Shown: positions 10,619 through 20,390 of the stretch, piece after piece
Numbering within the stretch: position 1 is the first letter of the stretch
How the letters are laid out: every line of letters begins with the position of its first letter
NCBI GenBank assembly: GCA_965223155.1
Contig: CBDCVR010000013.1
Location: 352,001 to 416,000 of the forward strand
Direction of reading: 5' to 3'
DNA from: Candidatus Multivoradales bacterium
Lineage (GTDB): Bacteria; Acidobacteriota; Thermoanaerobaculia; Multivoradales; JAHEKO01
DNA: 64,000 bases
Position numbers and translations under genes: made by a program
The notes under the pieces: generated by a model
Seen by the model: the letters and a program-made list of their open reading frames with translations, nothing else
What the model was told of the DNA's origin: nothing
Databases searched by the model: none

Positions 10619-11323
10619 CTAGCCGCCCAGAGTCGCCAGCCCGGCCTTGCCCAGGACGTAGACCAGCCAGACTACGATCACGCCGCCGGCGGCTGCCCCT
10701 CGGGACACCCGGGCGACGACCGAGTAGCCCAGGATCAGCAGGACCAGGGCCCAGATCGAAAAGACATCGACGCTCGAAAGCAAGGACACCACCGCCGGGC
10801 TGGCTCCCTCGGGTGCCAGGGAGGCGAGATTCGAGGTCAAGACGCTTCCCGTCTGTAGCTCCTCGGCACTGAAGCCGTCCCGACCCAGGATGACCGGCAC
10901 CGAAAGGAGCCCGCCAACCGCCCTCGGCATCAAGCCGTGGACGAAGGTCGCGAGGCTCTGCTGAAAGGCCAGCTCACCCCCGAGCATCTTGGAGACCACC
11001 ATGAAGATCAGGGAGGCCAGCATGAAGCCGAGCGGCGCCACGACCAGCGGTCCGACCATCAGCATGATCGGCCCCATCTTCTCTTGCAGGTCGATGACCC
11101 GCTCCACGTCCTCTTCGGACATCTGGGTGCCCCGGGCTTCGATGGCGTCGCGGGTGACCTCGACCCAGTCGATCTTGCCGCTCATCAAGACGCCCAGGCC
11201 CACGCCCAGACCGATCAGCACCAGCAGGGCCACCACCCAGGAGGGCTTCTCACGGAGGACGGTAAAGGTGCGTGTGGGCGCGACCAGCGCGCCGAGCAAA
11301 CGGCCGAATGCAGACGATTCCAT
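10619..11323 (-). CDS. Yip1-family membrane protein
   Basis: ALVAPTRTF..L...P.W motif, about five TM helices, located in the exporter operon. Confidence 0.8.
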   Translation of the reverse strand: MESSAFGRLLGALVAPTRTFTVLREKPSWVVALLVLIGLGVGLGVLMSGKIDWVEVTRDAIEARGTQMSEEDVERVIDLQEKMGPIMLMVGPLVVAPLGFMLASLIFMVVSKMLGGELAFQQSLATFVHGLMPRAVGGLLSVPVILGRDGFSAEELQTGSVLTSNLASLAPEGASPAVVSLLSSVDVFSIWALVLLILGYSVVARVSRGAAAGGVIVVWLVYVLGKAGLATLGG

Positions 11324-11387
11324 GACGAACTCCTTCCGGCCCGAGGATCGAAGGCCCGAATCTGGGCCGGGAGAAGGCCCCGCGCGG

Positions 11388-13034
11388 CTAGGAGTCTACG
11401 ATCTCGATGCCGCTTTCCTCGATCAACCGGCCGATGGCGCGATAGTACTGCATCAGGGCCTTGCGGTAGCCGGTGATGGCCGACACCTCACGGCTGCGGG
11501 CCGAGGTCAGATCTTCCTGAATTTCGAGCACTCGGAAGCTGGTGGACATGCCGTTCTCGTAGCGCTTCTGCTCGGCGTTGAGGTTCTCTTGCTCGAGCCG
11601 GCGCGAGACGCGCGCGGAGGCCAGGGCCTGCTCGGCGGTACGTACCAGGCGAGCGATCCGGCGAACCTCGGTAGCGACGCCCAACTCCAGGTCACGCAGC
11701 TCGGCGGCGCCGCGCTCGTGGGCGACGTCTGCAAGCGCCCGCTGTGCCTTGAGGCTGCGGTTGCCGATCGGATAGGCCACGTTGAGCGCCACCCGCCAAC
11801 CCTCGAAGTCCAGCTCGGAGATCTGGTCGAGGGCGTCCTGGTAGCTCCCGGGGATCTCGCGCAAGAGCTCGCCGGTGAAGAAATCCCGCTCCGTGAGGTC
11901 ACCGCCCAGGCCGTTGTACCCGTAGGTCACGTCCAGATTGACGCTAGGCAGAGCCTGGTTGCGGAAGTAGCGGCTATCCAGCTCCAGATTGTCCTGAGCG
12001 AGACGCTTGCTACGCAGGGACGGACGCTCGGCGAGCGCGATCTCGATCGCCTGGTCAACGTCGATTTCGACAGGTTCCCGCTCGGCTTCGGTCTCGAGAA
12101 CCAGAGGCGTGTCCCAAAGGCTGCCCGAGTCGAGATTCATGAGCTGGCGCAAAGCGTCCTCGGAGTCTCCGACGAGCGCCCGCGCGCGAATGATCTGCTC
12201 TTCCCGGGTGGCGATTCCGGCCTCGCTCTGCACCAACTCGAGCGGCGCCAGGGTGCCGACGTCAACCCGGATCTCGTTCTGTTCATGGAGCTGCCGTGCC
12301 AGGGCCAAGCTCTCTTCGGCGACCTCGAGCTGTGCCCGAGCCTCGACCAGGGTCCAGTAGGAGTCCTCGACCAATTGCAGGGTCGCGATGACTTGTTGCT
12401 CGAAAGTCTCGCGGCTGATGTCGATGTTGGTCCGAGCAATCCGGATCTGCCGGTTGGTCGCGAGCCGGCCGAAGTTCCGGAGCAACGGCTGGCTGAAAAG
12501 CAGGTCGAAATCGGTGCGATAGCTGGGATTCAGAGTCGCGAACTGCGAGTTGGTCTTGAAGCGGCTGTTGTTGAAGCGGATCGATCCGGTACCGCCCGTC
12601 GAGAACAGGCGGTCGAGCCCCAAGTCCCAGCGCAGGTTCTCCTGGAACTGCACATCGGCGCCGTCCAGGTTCGAAGCCGAAGGCGTGGTCTCCTCGAACG
12701 CCGACAGGTTGAGAGAGATCGCCGGGTCGTAGATCCCCTGGCTCTGCCACAGCCGAAGCTCGGACTCCGAGTGGCGCAGCCGGTCCACGACCAGGGCCAG
12801 GTTGCGCTCGAGAGCCAAGCTCCGCACTTCGTCCAGGGAAAGATGGAGCTCACCGTCAATGAGCCTGACGTCGGAAGCGGCCAGCTCGTCGGCTACCTGC
12901 GTGGTCACCGGGGTCATCTCAGCCCACGCCGGAACCGGGCTCAGGAGAGCCAGCGTCGCGGCCCCTAGCGTTGCCAGAAGGGCCAGAGTTCGTCCCGCCC
13001 TGCGGGCGCGGCGCGTCCAGATTTTCGTCATCAT
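11388..13034 (-). CDS. TolC-family outer membrane protein
   Basis: Signal peptide, LSLDEV..LALERN, QPLLRNFG, two OEP repeats, RYENGMST. Confidence 0.93.
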   Translation of the reverse strand: MMTKIWTRRARRAGRTLALLATLGAATLALLSPVPAWAEMTPVTTQVADELAASDVRLIDGELHLSLDEVRSLALERNLALVVDRLRHSESELRLWQSQGIYDPAISLNLSAFEETTPSASNLDGADVQFQENLRWDLGLDRLFSTGGTGSIRFNNSRFKTNSQFATLNPSYRTDFDLLFSQPLLRNFGRLATNRQIRIARTNIDISRETFEQQVIATLQLVEDSYWTLVEARAQLEVAEESLALARQLHEQNEIRVDVGTLAPLELVQSEAGIATREEQIIRARALVGDSEDALRQLMNLDSGSLWDTPLVLETEAEREPVEIDVDQAIEIALAERPSLRSKRLAQDNLELDSRYFRNQALPSVNLDVTYGYNGLGGDLTERDFFTGELLREIPGSYQDALDQISELDFEGWRVALNVAYPIGNRSLKAQRALADVAHERGAAELRDLELGVATEVRRIARLVRTAEQALASARVSRRLEQENLNAEQKRYENGMSTSFRVLEIQEDLTSARSREVSAITGYRKALMQYYRAIGRLIEESGIEIVDS

Positions 13035-13205
13035 CCCAACACTCCTCGATCGGTGTCTGAATTGTTCGTTTGGATCCTAGCAGCCGGCTCGAAGCACTCG
13101 CTCACGGAAGCATTCCGGCCCTGTTGAGTCGTACGTAGCCCTTCTGAAAAAGTTCCATGGCGGACCGCCTTTGGAGGCCCGGACCGCCAAGCCGTCCGGA
13201 AACGA

Positions 13206-14222
13206 TCAGGCCCCTTGCCCCGCGCGGACGGCTCCTGCCGCCTCGGCCTCGAGCTCCCCGGGATGGTGGCAGGCCACGGTCGTGCCAGTCGGGTTCGTGA
13301 GCAGAGGCGGATCCTCCGCGCGGCAGCGCTCGGTCGCAATCGGACAGCGAGGGTGGAAGGCGCAGCCGGCTGGGGGCGAGAGCGGGCTCGGCGGCTCACC
13401 GGGAAGCACGATCCGGCGCCTGCCGGTGTCGGGATCCGGCACGGGCACGGCCGAGAGCAAGCTCACCGTGTACGGGTGGCGAGGGTTGGCGAAAACCTCG
13501 GCCGTGGGGCCCTCCTCCACGATCCGGCCCAGGTACATGACGCCGACGCGCTCGGAGATCTCCGAGACCACGGCCAGGTCGTGGGCGATCAGGAGCAAGC
13601 CGAGATCCAGCTCTTCCTGGAGGTCCTTCAGCAGGTTGACGACCTGCGCCTGGACCGAAACGTCGAGAGCCGAGACCGGCTCGTCGGCGATGACTAGCTC
13701 CGGACAGGTCGCCAGGGCCCTGGCGATGCCCACTCGCTGACGCTGACCTCCGGAGAACTCATGGGGAAAGCGCCCGGCGGCGGAGGTCGGTAGACCCACC
13801 ATCCCGAGCAGGCGCTCCACCTCGGCGCCGACCTCGGCCTTGGCCGCGACAGCGTGCAGCCGCACCGGCTCGGCCAAGATCGTGCCGACGCGCATGCGCG
13901 GGTTGAGCGAGCCATACGGATCTTGAAACACCATCTGGAAATGACGTCGATGGCGGCGAAGCTCCCGGCGGTTCAGGGCAAGAACGTCCCGGCCGCGAAA
14001 GAAGACGCTGCCGCCGCTGGGCTCCAGCAGCCGGATCAGGCACCGTCCCAAGGTGGTCTTGCCGCTGCCGGACTCCCCGACCAAGGCGTAGGTCTCGCCC
14101 CGCTCGAGCTCGAGATCGACTCCCCGGACCGCCTGCACCGTGCCGACGGTGCGCTGAAGGAGTCCCCGCCGCACCGGGAAGTTCTTGAGCAGGCCTCGGG
14201 CCTCGAGCAGAGGTTTCTGCAT
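13206..14222 (-). CDS. Oligo/dipeptide ABC transporter ATP-binding protein (OppF/DppF-like)
   Basis: [22 protein letters not shown]-terminal GCAFHPRCP...C...CH. Confidence 0.95.
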   Translation of the reverse strand: MQKPLLEARGLLKNFPVRRGLLQRTVGTVQAVRGVDLELERGETYALVGESGSGKTTLGRCLIRLLEPSGGSVFFRGRDVLALNRRELRRHRRHFQMVFQDPYGSLNPRMRVGTILAEPVRLHAVAAKAEVGAEVERLLGMVGLPTSAAGRFPHEFSGGQRQRVGIARALATCPELVIADEPVSALDVSVQAQVVNLLKDLQEELDLGLLLIAHDLAVVSEISERVGVMYLGRIVEEGPTAEVFANPRHPYTVSLLSAVPVPDPDTGRRRIVLPGEPPSPLSPPAGCAFHPRCPIATERCRAEDPPLLTNPTGTTVACHHPGELEAEAAGAVRAGQGA

Positions 14223-15304
14223 CAGCTCTCAGAATGAAGAAAGCAGGCCACTCGCCGGCCGACATCCAGCTCGGCCAAGCCCGGAGCCCGCTGCGAGCAG
14301 GGATCGAAGCGCTCCGGACAGCGCGGATGGAAGCGACATCCGGCGGGCCAGGAGGCCAGGTCTGGAACCTGGCCGGGAATCGCCTGGAGGCGGCCCCTCC
14401 CAAGATCCGGACCGGACTCTGGCGCTCGGCCCAGGCGCGGCAAGGAGGCCAGAAGGCCCCGCGTATAGGGATGAGCGGGCGCCTCGAAGAGATTCTGGAC
14501 GGGAGCCTCCTCGACGATCCGACCGGCATACATGACCAGCACCCGGGAGCAGGTCTCGGCCACCACCGCCAGATCATGGGTAATCAAGAGCACGGCGAGC
14601 CCTAGCCGCGAACGGAGATCTTCGAGGAGCTCCAGGATCTGGGCCTGGACGGTGACGTCGAGGGCGGTCGTGGGCTCGTCCGCGATCAAGAGGTCCGGTT
14701 CCGAGGCGAGAGCGATCGCGATCATCACCCGCTGGCGCTGACCGCCGGAGAGGTTGTGCGGGTACTCCTTGAGGCGCAGGTGCGGTTCGGGCATGGCGAC
14801 CAGTTCGAGGAGCTCGAGGGCCCTTCCTCGCGCCTGTCGCCGGGATACCTGGGCGTGGGCTCGGATGGCCTCGACGATCTGGTTGCCGATGGTAAAGACC
14901 GGATTCAAGGCGGTCATCGGCTCCTGGAACACGAAGCCGATGCGGGCGCCGCGAATCGAGGTCATGGTGCGCTCGGGACGGTCCAGGAGATCCTCGCCGT
15001 CGAGCAGGATCCGGCCGGACCGGATCCGGCCCGGGGGAGGTACCAGCCGCAACAGGGCCAGGGCGGTGACCGTCTTGCCGGAGCCGGACTCCCCCACCAG
15101 GCCCACGAACTCCCGGCGGTCCACCGTGAAACTTGCCTCCTCGACGACATCCACGAGACCGCCGCCGGCCGGGAAGGCGATACGCAGGCTATCGACCGCG
15201 AGAAGCGGCGCCGTGCCGGCCTCGCTGGTTCCGACCGGGGCGCTCTGGGTGCCCCCGGCGGAGGCTACGCCGGCGGGGCGACCGGCCTCGCGATCAGCCG
15301 GCAC
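14222..15304 (-). CDS. Oligo/dipeptide ABC transporter ATP-binding protein (OppD/DppD-like)
   Basis: [41 protein letters not shown]. Confidence 0.95.
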   Translation of the reverse strand: MPADREAGRPAGVASAGGTQSAPVGTSEAGTAPLLAVDSLRIAFPAGGGLVDVVEEASFTVDRREFVGLVGESGSGKTVTALALLRLVPPPGRIRSGRILLDGEDLLDRPERTMTSIRGARIGFVFQEPMTALNPVFTIGNQIVEAIRAHAQVSRRQARGRALELLELVAMPEPHLRLKEYPHNLSGGQRQRVMIAIALASEPDLLIADEPTTALDVTVQAQILELLEDLRSRLGLAVLLITHDLAVVAETCSRVLVMYAGRIVEEAPVQNLFEAPAHPYTRGLLASLPRLGRAPESGPDLGRGRLQAIPGQVPDLASWPAGCRFHPRCPERFDPCSQRAPGLAELDVGRRVACFLHSES

Positions 15305-16772
15305 GATCCATCAGCCAGCGCACGGTCAGGGCGACGCCGTAGCCGGTCGCGCCGAAGGTGCCCTTCTTCCCGCGCCCGACGTAGGCCGGCCCCGCGATGT
15401 CCAGATGAGCCCAGGCGCGATTCTTGACGAAGTTGGCTAGAAAGGCCGCCGCCGTGGAGGCTCCGCCCCAGCGTCCCCCGGTATTTCGCAGATCGGCGTG
15501 GCGGCCCTTCATGGCCCGGCTGAACTCGGGCCACAGCGGCAAGCGCCAGAGGTGTTCGCCGGCGGCGTCGGCCGCGGCCAAGAGCTCGGCGGCGAGATCG
15601 TCGTCGTGCGAGAAGATGCCGGCGCCGTCGGTTCCGAGGGCGACCACGCAGGCTCCCGTAAGGGTCGCGTAGTCCAGAATGACGTCCGCGCCCTCTTCGT
15701 CGGCGAGCGCCAGGGCGTCGGCCAGGAGCATCCGCCCTTCGGCGTCGGTATTGGTGATCTCGACCGTGGTGCCGCTGTAGCAGCGAACCACGTCTCCGGG
15801 GCGGTAGGCAGCCCCGTCGGGCATGTTCTCGGCGAGCGGCAGATAGGCCCGGAACCGGTACGGAAGCTCGAGGAGCGAAGCGGCCTTGGCCACACCCAGG
15901 ACGGTGCAGGCGCCGGTCTTGTCGAATTTCATCTCATCCATGGCCGCGGAGGGTTTGATCGAGATGCCGCCGGTGTCAAAGGTCACGCCCTTCCCCACCA
16001 GCGCCACGCTCGAGCTGCCTTCGCCCCACTCCAGGATGGCCAGACGGGGCGCGTTGCGCGAGCCCTTGCCGACGGCGAGGATGCCGCCCATGCCCTGTTC
16101 GTCGAGCTCTTCCGGCCCCAGAATGCGACAGCTCATACCCGCGGACTCGGCCAGGGCCCGGGCGGACTCGGCCATCCACTCGGGAGTGGCCTCGTTGGGG
16201 GGCGTGTTGGCGAGATCCCGGGTCAGGGCCATGCCCTCGGCGACGGCCATGGCGGTGCTTCGCGCCCGGACGTGGAGCGCCTCGTCGTCCGGATGGCCCA
16301 GGATGCGGACCCGGGCGAGCGGGCGCGGCCGGGTCCGGTCGGGCTTGGAGCGGAACTCCTCGAACCGGTACCGCGAGGCGGCAACGGCCCGAAAGGCGCT
16401 CTCCACCGCCGACTCGCGCCGGCAGACGTCGTGAGACGGGAACTGGACCAGCGCCGAGCGGTATCCGTCCCGGGCCGCGCGGCTGAGAGCCGTTCGGAAG
16501 TGGCGGACCAGCTTGGCGCGATCGAAGGCCTTGGCCGAGCCCAGCCCCTGGACCACCACGGTCGGTGTGCCCGGAGCCGAGGTGCGCGACTCGGTTCGCT
16601 GTCCCAGCCGGCCCGAGAAGCCCTTGCGCTCGGCCAGCCGGATCGCGGCCCGGCCGATCGCCTTGGGCAGACCGGCGACATTCGGCGCCTTCCGCTCGAA
16701 ACAGCCTACGACGTAGACGTCGGCCTTGGTGTCGTTGGGCTTGGCGATTTGGATCTTGGTTACCTTGGACAT
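15294..16772 (-). CDS. pepA: Leucyl aminopeptidase (M17)
   Basis: VGKGVTFDTGGISIKP, MKFDK, NTDAEGR, ATLTGA motifs. Confidence 0.95.
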   Translation of the reverse strand: MSKVTKIQIAKPNDTKADVYVVGCFERKAPNVAGLPKAIGRAAIRLAERKGFSGRLGQRTESRTSAPGTPTVVVQGLGSAKAFDRAKLVRHFRTALSRAARDGYRSALVQFPSHDVCRRESAVESAFRAVAASRYRFEEFRSKPDRTRPRPLARVRILGHPDDEALHVRARSTAMAVAEGMALTRDLANTPPNEATPEWMAESARALAESAGMSCRILGPEELDEQGMGGILAVGKGSRNAPRLAILEWGEGSSSVALVGKGVTFDTGGISIKPSAAMDEMKFDKTGACTVLGVAKAASLLELPYRFRAYLPLAENMPDGAAYRPGDVVRCYSGTTVEITNTDAEGRMLLADALALADEEGADVILDYATLTGACVVALGTDGAGIFSHDDDLAAELLAAADAAGEHLWRLPLWPEFSRAMKGRHADLRNTGGRWGGASTAAAFLANFVKNRAWAHLDIAGPAYVGRGKKGTFGATGYGVALTVRWLMDRAG

Positions 16773-17025
16773 CGAAGGGATCTCCTATTGGGTGCTCTGG
16801 CTGAAGGCCTCCTGGCGATCCATCGCGGACGGTCCCGGCCGCTCGTCAACGCCGCAATACCGAGGCGCGAAACCGGCCCGTCGTGAGGTCGATCGCCGGG
16901 CGCAGTCTAGCAGCCGCACAGGCCAGGTTCCTCGGTGTCGCAGCCGTCAGGTCGAGCCCCGGGGCGCCGTTTCGGCAGCGAGCGTTATAGAGTCCGGTGG
17001 GCGCCCCAACCGTCCCCCCTCAGCC

Positions 17026-19098
17026 ATGTACACGAAGGAGCTCGACCGGCTGTTCCTGGGCCACCGGACATTTCTGTCCGCCGGTACCGAGGACTTCGGC
17101 CTGGTGATCGGAGTCCAGGACCGGCGGCTGCCGTTGCCGCTCAGGATCTTCCTGGATGACGAGGAAGCCACGCCGGTACGCGGCTTTCCGGTGCTCCACA
17201 ACGCCAAGACCGTGCTGCTCCGCTCCGGCTTCGAGCGCTTTGTCGCCACCATGATCGATTACGAGGCGGCGCGGGCGCAGGGCGCCCCGCTAGGCTCCGG
17301 CAGTGCCACCGCGGGCTGGAGCGAGTACCGCGATGAGCTGCGGCTGGCTCTTTCGAACGCCGTCCGATCCAGTTTCGGGCGTGGGTACCCCAGCATCTTC
17401 TGGCTTTACCACTCGATTGTGGTCTCCCGGGGCATGAAGGAGATTCCCCGGCGGCTCCTCCAGTCCCATCCGGCGATCGGCAAGACCCAGGGCCCGGCGA
17501 TCAAGTACCGGGTCTTCCAGCGCTATCTCGATCTGGTGCTGAACGAGACCTACGACATCGTCAACCAGGTGGCCGTCGATCTGGAAGAGCCTGAAGAAGA
17601 GCTCTTCCCCAACGTCCTCGAGCGCATGCGCGACAACGTGCTGATCCTCACCGAGGACCACATCAGCCCCGATCTGCGCGAGCTGGACACTTACTTCAGC
17701 GGCTATCTCAATGCCGACGGATTGGACTTTCGGAAGCGCTTTTCACGGCTCACCGAGTGGCACTTGCGGGCGCTCGAAAAGGATCCGGATCTTCGCGGCA
17801 TGGTGCGCAGCTTCCTCGGCATCGACGAGTTCGCCAACCCCTGGACTCTGCTCATCCGTCCGGGCTACGTCAAATTCCTGTCAACCCGGCCCAGGTACAC
17901 CGCCGACAAGCTGCTGCGTCCGCGAGATCTGGAGCTTTGGGACCACCTGCTCGAGCGCTTGAAGGAGTTCGAGATCCTGGCGGGCCTGCGCCGCTACGTG
18001 GTTCCGGTCAGCACCCGCGGTCACGAGCTGACGGCCCCTGCCGCGACCCTGCGCAGTCGGACGGCGGGCTCGCGAGAGGTGACCCTGTCGGGGACCACCC
18101 GGCCGATGGATTTCGCCTCCTCCTGGGTTGTGGACCCGCTGGTCCATCGTTTCGGTCTCATCTACGACATCACCGATTTTTCGTTCGTGGTCTCGGTGCT
18201 GCGCCGATCCGGCTCGGCCGACCAGGATGCCTCCTTCCGGCGCATCTACAGCTTCCAGCGCCAGATCGACAAGCTCGCCAGCAGCCGCCGGCTAAAGCTC
18301 GAAAAGTACCTGGGGGACGGGGCCTTCTATTCTGGCCGGCATCCCACCCTGCTGGTAGGCGCGGCGCTGCGTCTTCAGCGCTTCTACAAGGAAGTGCTGG
18401 ACGAAGACTTCCCCTTCGACCGGGGCCTGCGCATCGCCCTCAACCACGGTCCGTACCGGCTGCTGCCCATCCAGGGCGCGGGCCGGCGCCGCCAGTACGA
18501 GTTCTTCGGTCACGGCATCGTCGAGCTGAGCCGCCTGGTGAGCGGCAAGACCACCCACGAGATCGACGAGATGAAGGCGCTGCTGGTGCAGAACGGATAC
18601 CCCGCCCGCGAGGTGGACCGCTTCTTCGCTCCGGTGATGCGCAAGACGGGCGCGACCCTGACGCCGTCGGCCCAGCGCAGCGACTTCCGGGCCTTCATCA
18701 ACGCCTCCGGCGAGCTCATCAACGAAGGCATCGTGATGACCGAGGCTTTTGTGACCGAGATCGCCGCCAAGGCGGAGAGCGGTCTTCTCGGAATCCTCGG
18801 CGTCGCTCGCAGCGTCGAGGCCGAGTATCTGGTGTGCGAGGTGGAAGATCCCCAAGGGGCTCTGCGCTTCGGCTTGAGGCGGTTGGGCAAGGCCCGGCTG
18901 AAGGGCCTCGGAGACGTGGTCGTCTTCGAGGTCCGCGACGCAACCGACTTTGCCGGTACCGACCTCCAGGCTCCACCTGAGGCCGGTCTTCTCGATACAC
19001 TCGCGCGCCTGTACGCCGACGCCGCCCGCGGCGCGGCCTCTAGCAACCAGCCCGGACCCGGTTCCGGTCCAGAATCCGAGGAGATCTCCGTACGATGA
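17026..19098 (+). CDS. Large soluble protein with divergent C-terminal class III adenylate/guanylate cyclase-like domain
   Basis: YDITDFS, EKYLGDG, LRIALNHG, FFGHGIVELSRL, LKGLG in the order of cyclase motifs; ATGA overlap with purC. Confidence 0.65.
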   Translation: MYTKELDRLFLGHRTFLSAGTEDFGLVIGVQDRRLPLPLRIFLDDEEATPVRGFPVLHNAKTVLLRSGFERFVATMIDYEAARAQGAPLGSGSATAGWSEYRDELRLALSNAVRSSFGRGYPSIFWLYHSIVVSRGMKEIPRRLLQSHPAIGKTQGPAIKYRVFQRYLDLVLNETYDIVNQVAVDLEEPEEELFPNVLERMRDNVLILTEDHISPDLRELDTYFSGYLNADGLDFRKRFSRLTEWHLRALEKDPDLRGMVRSFLGIDEFANPWTLLIRPGYVKFLSTRPRYTADKLLRPRDLELWDHLLERLKEFEILAGLRRYVVPVSTRGHELTAPAATLRSRTAGSREVTLSGTTRPMDFASSWVVDPLVHRFGLIYDITDFSFVVSVLRRSGSADQDASFRRIYSFQRQIDKLASSRRLKLEKYLGDGAFYSGRHPTLLVGAALRLQRFYKEVLDEDFPFDRGLRIALNHGPYRLLPIQGAGRRRQYEFFGHGIVELSRLVSGKTTHEIDEMKALLVQNGYPAREVDRFFAPVMRKTGATLTPSAQRSDFRAFINASGELINEGIVMTEAFVTEIAAKAESGLLGILGVARSVEAEYLVCEVEDPQGALRFGLRRLGKARLKGLGDVVVFEVRDATDFAGTDLQAPPEAGLLDTLARLYADAARGAASSNQPGPGSGPESEEISVR

Positions 19099-19985
19099 GC
19101 GCCGTCTCGAGCACTGCTCTGCCCGGCCTGCCCGCTCCCAAGCGCGGCAAGGTCCGCGACATCTACGACCTGGGCGACACCCTGCTTCTGGTCGCGTGCG
19201 ACCGCATCTCCGCCTACGATCATGTCTTGAGCCCGGCCATCCCGGGTAAGGGCAAGATCTTGAACCAGCTCAGCAACTTCTGGTTCGAGCGCCTGAGGGA
19301 GACCGTGCCGAACCATCTCCTGGCGACGGAGTGGTCCGACTTCCCCGGCGAGCTCGCGGCCCACCGCGAGGTGCTCGAGGACCGCGCCGTGGTCGTGCGC
19401 AAGGCCGAAGTGGTTCCCTTCGAATGCGTGGTGCGCGGGTATCTGGCCGGCAGCGGCTTCAAGGAGTACGGCAACTCGGGCTCGGTCTGCGGGGTACCGC
19501 TGCCGGAGGGCTTGGTGCGGGCGGCAAAGCTCCCAGAGCCCATCTTCACTCCGGCCACCAAGGCCGAGACCGGTCACGATGAGAACGTCTCCTTCGAGGT
19601 CATGGCCGGAGCCCTTGGCGACGAGCTCGCCGAAGACCTGCGCTCCAAGTCCCAGGCGATCTTCGCCGCTGGCAGCGAGGTCCTCGAGGCTTGTGGCCTC
19701 ATCCTGGCGGACACCAAGTTCGAGTTCGGCCATGTCGGCGAGGAGATCGTCCTGATCGATGAAGTGCTGACACCCGACTCGTCGCGCTTCTGGGAAGGTG
19801 TCGAGTGGCAGCCCGGCACCGAGCCGGTCTCGTTCGACAAGCAGTTCGTGCGCAACTGGCTGGACAAGAGCGGTTGGGACCACGAGTCGCCGCCGCCCGA
19901 GCTCCCGGACGAGATCGTCCAGGGCACGCTCGATCGCTACGTCGCCGCCTTCCGGCGAGTGACCGGCCGCGATCCCGTGCTGTAG
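19095..19985 (+). CDS. purC: Phosphoribosylaminoimidazole-succinocarboxamide synthase
   Basis: GKVRDIY, DRISAYD, ECVVRGYLAGS, LADTKFEFG, DEVLTPDSSRFW, DKQFVR. Confidence 0.98.
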   Translation: MSAVSSTALPGLPAPKRGKVRDIYDLGDTLLLVACDRISAYDHVLSPAIPGKGKILNQLSNFWFERLRETVPNHLLATEWSDFPGELAAHREVLEDRAVVVRKAEVVPFECVVRGYLAGSGFKEYGNSGSVCGVPLPEGLVRAAKLPEPIFTPATKAETGHDENVSFEVMAGALGDELAEDLRSKSQAIFAAGSEVLEACGLILADTKFEFGHVGEEIVLIDEVLTPDSSRFWEGVEWQPGTEPVSFDKQFVRNWLDKSGWDHESPPPELPDEIVQGTLDRYVAAFRRVTGRDPVL

Positions 19986-20102
19986 CCTGACGGTCTTCTC
20001 CTCCCATCGTTACCGCGAGGCCGCATCTTGCTGAGATCTACTGGGGTGTCTTGGCGCTCTGCTCCTCAACGTAACGACAGTTGCGCCCGCGGTCCTCGCT
20101 CC

Positions 20103-20246
20103 AGGCTCGGCCGGATTGTCGAGATGCGGTTCTTCGCGGGTCTCTCGGTCGAGGAGACGGCGAGGCTCCTGGACGCCTCACCGAGCAACGTCGAGCACGA
20201 CTAGCGCAAGCCGCGTGCCTTTCTCATCATCTACCGGGAGCTGTGA
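20103..20246 (+). pseudogene. ECF sigma factor region-4 remnant
   Basis: RLGRIVEMRFFAGLSVEETARLLDASPSNVEHD*RKPRAFLIIYREL*; TAG at 20202 sits where the conserved Trp of DW..ARA.L is expected; no N-terminal half found. Confidence 0.8.
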
Positions 20247-20390
20247 GTCTTTGGCGAGAATCCAGAGGGTCGTTGGTGAATCTGAACGCTCAGGGTCTCG
20301 CCATTTCGTAATGCTAGACTTTTTCAGACCTCGTTTCCGTTGCTCGAACAGCACGCCGGCCTCGAAGCCGGCTCTCGGCTCTCGGCTCTG

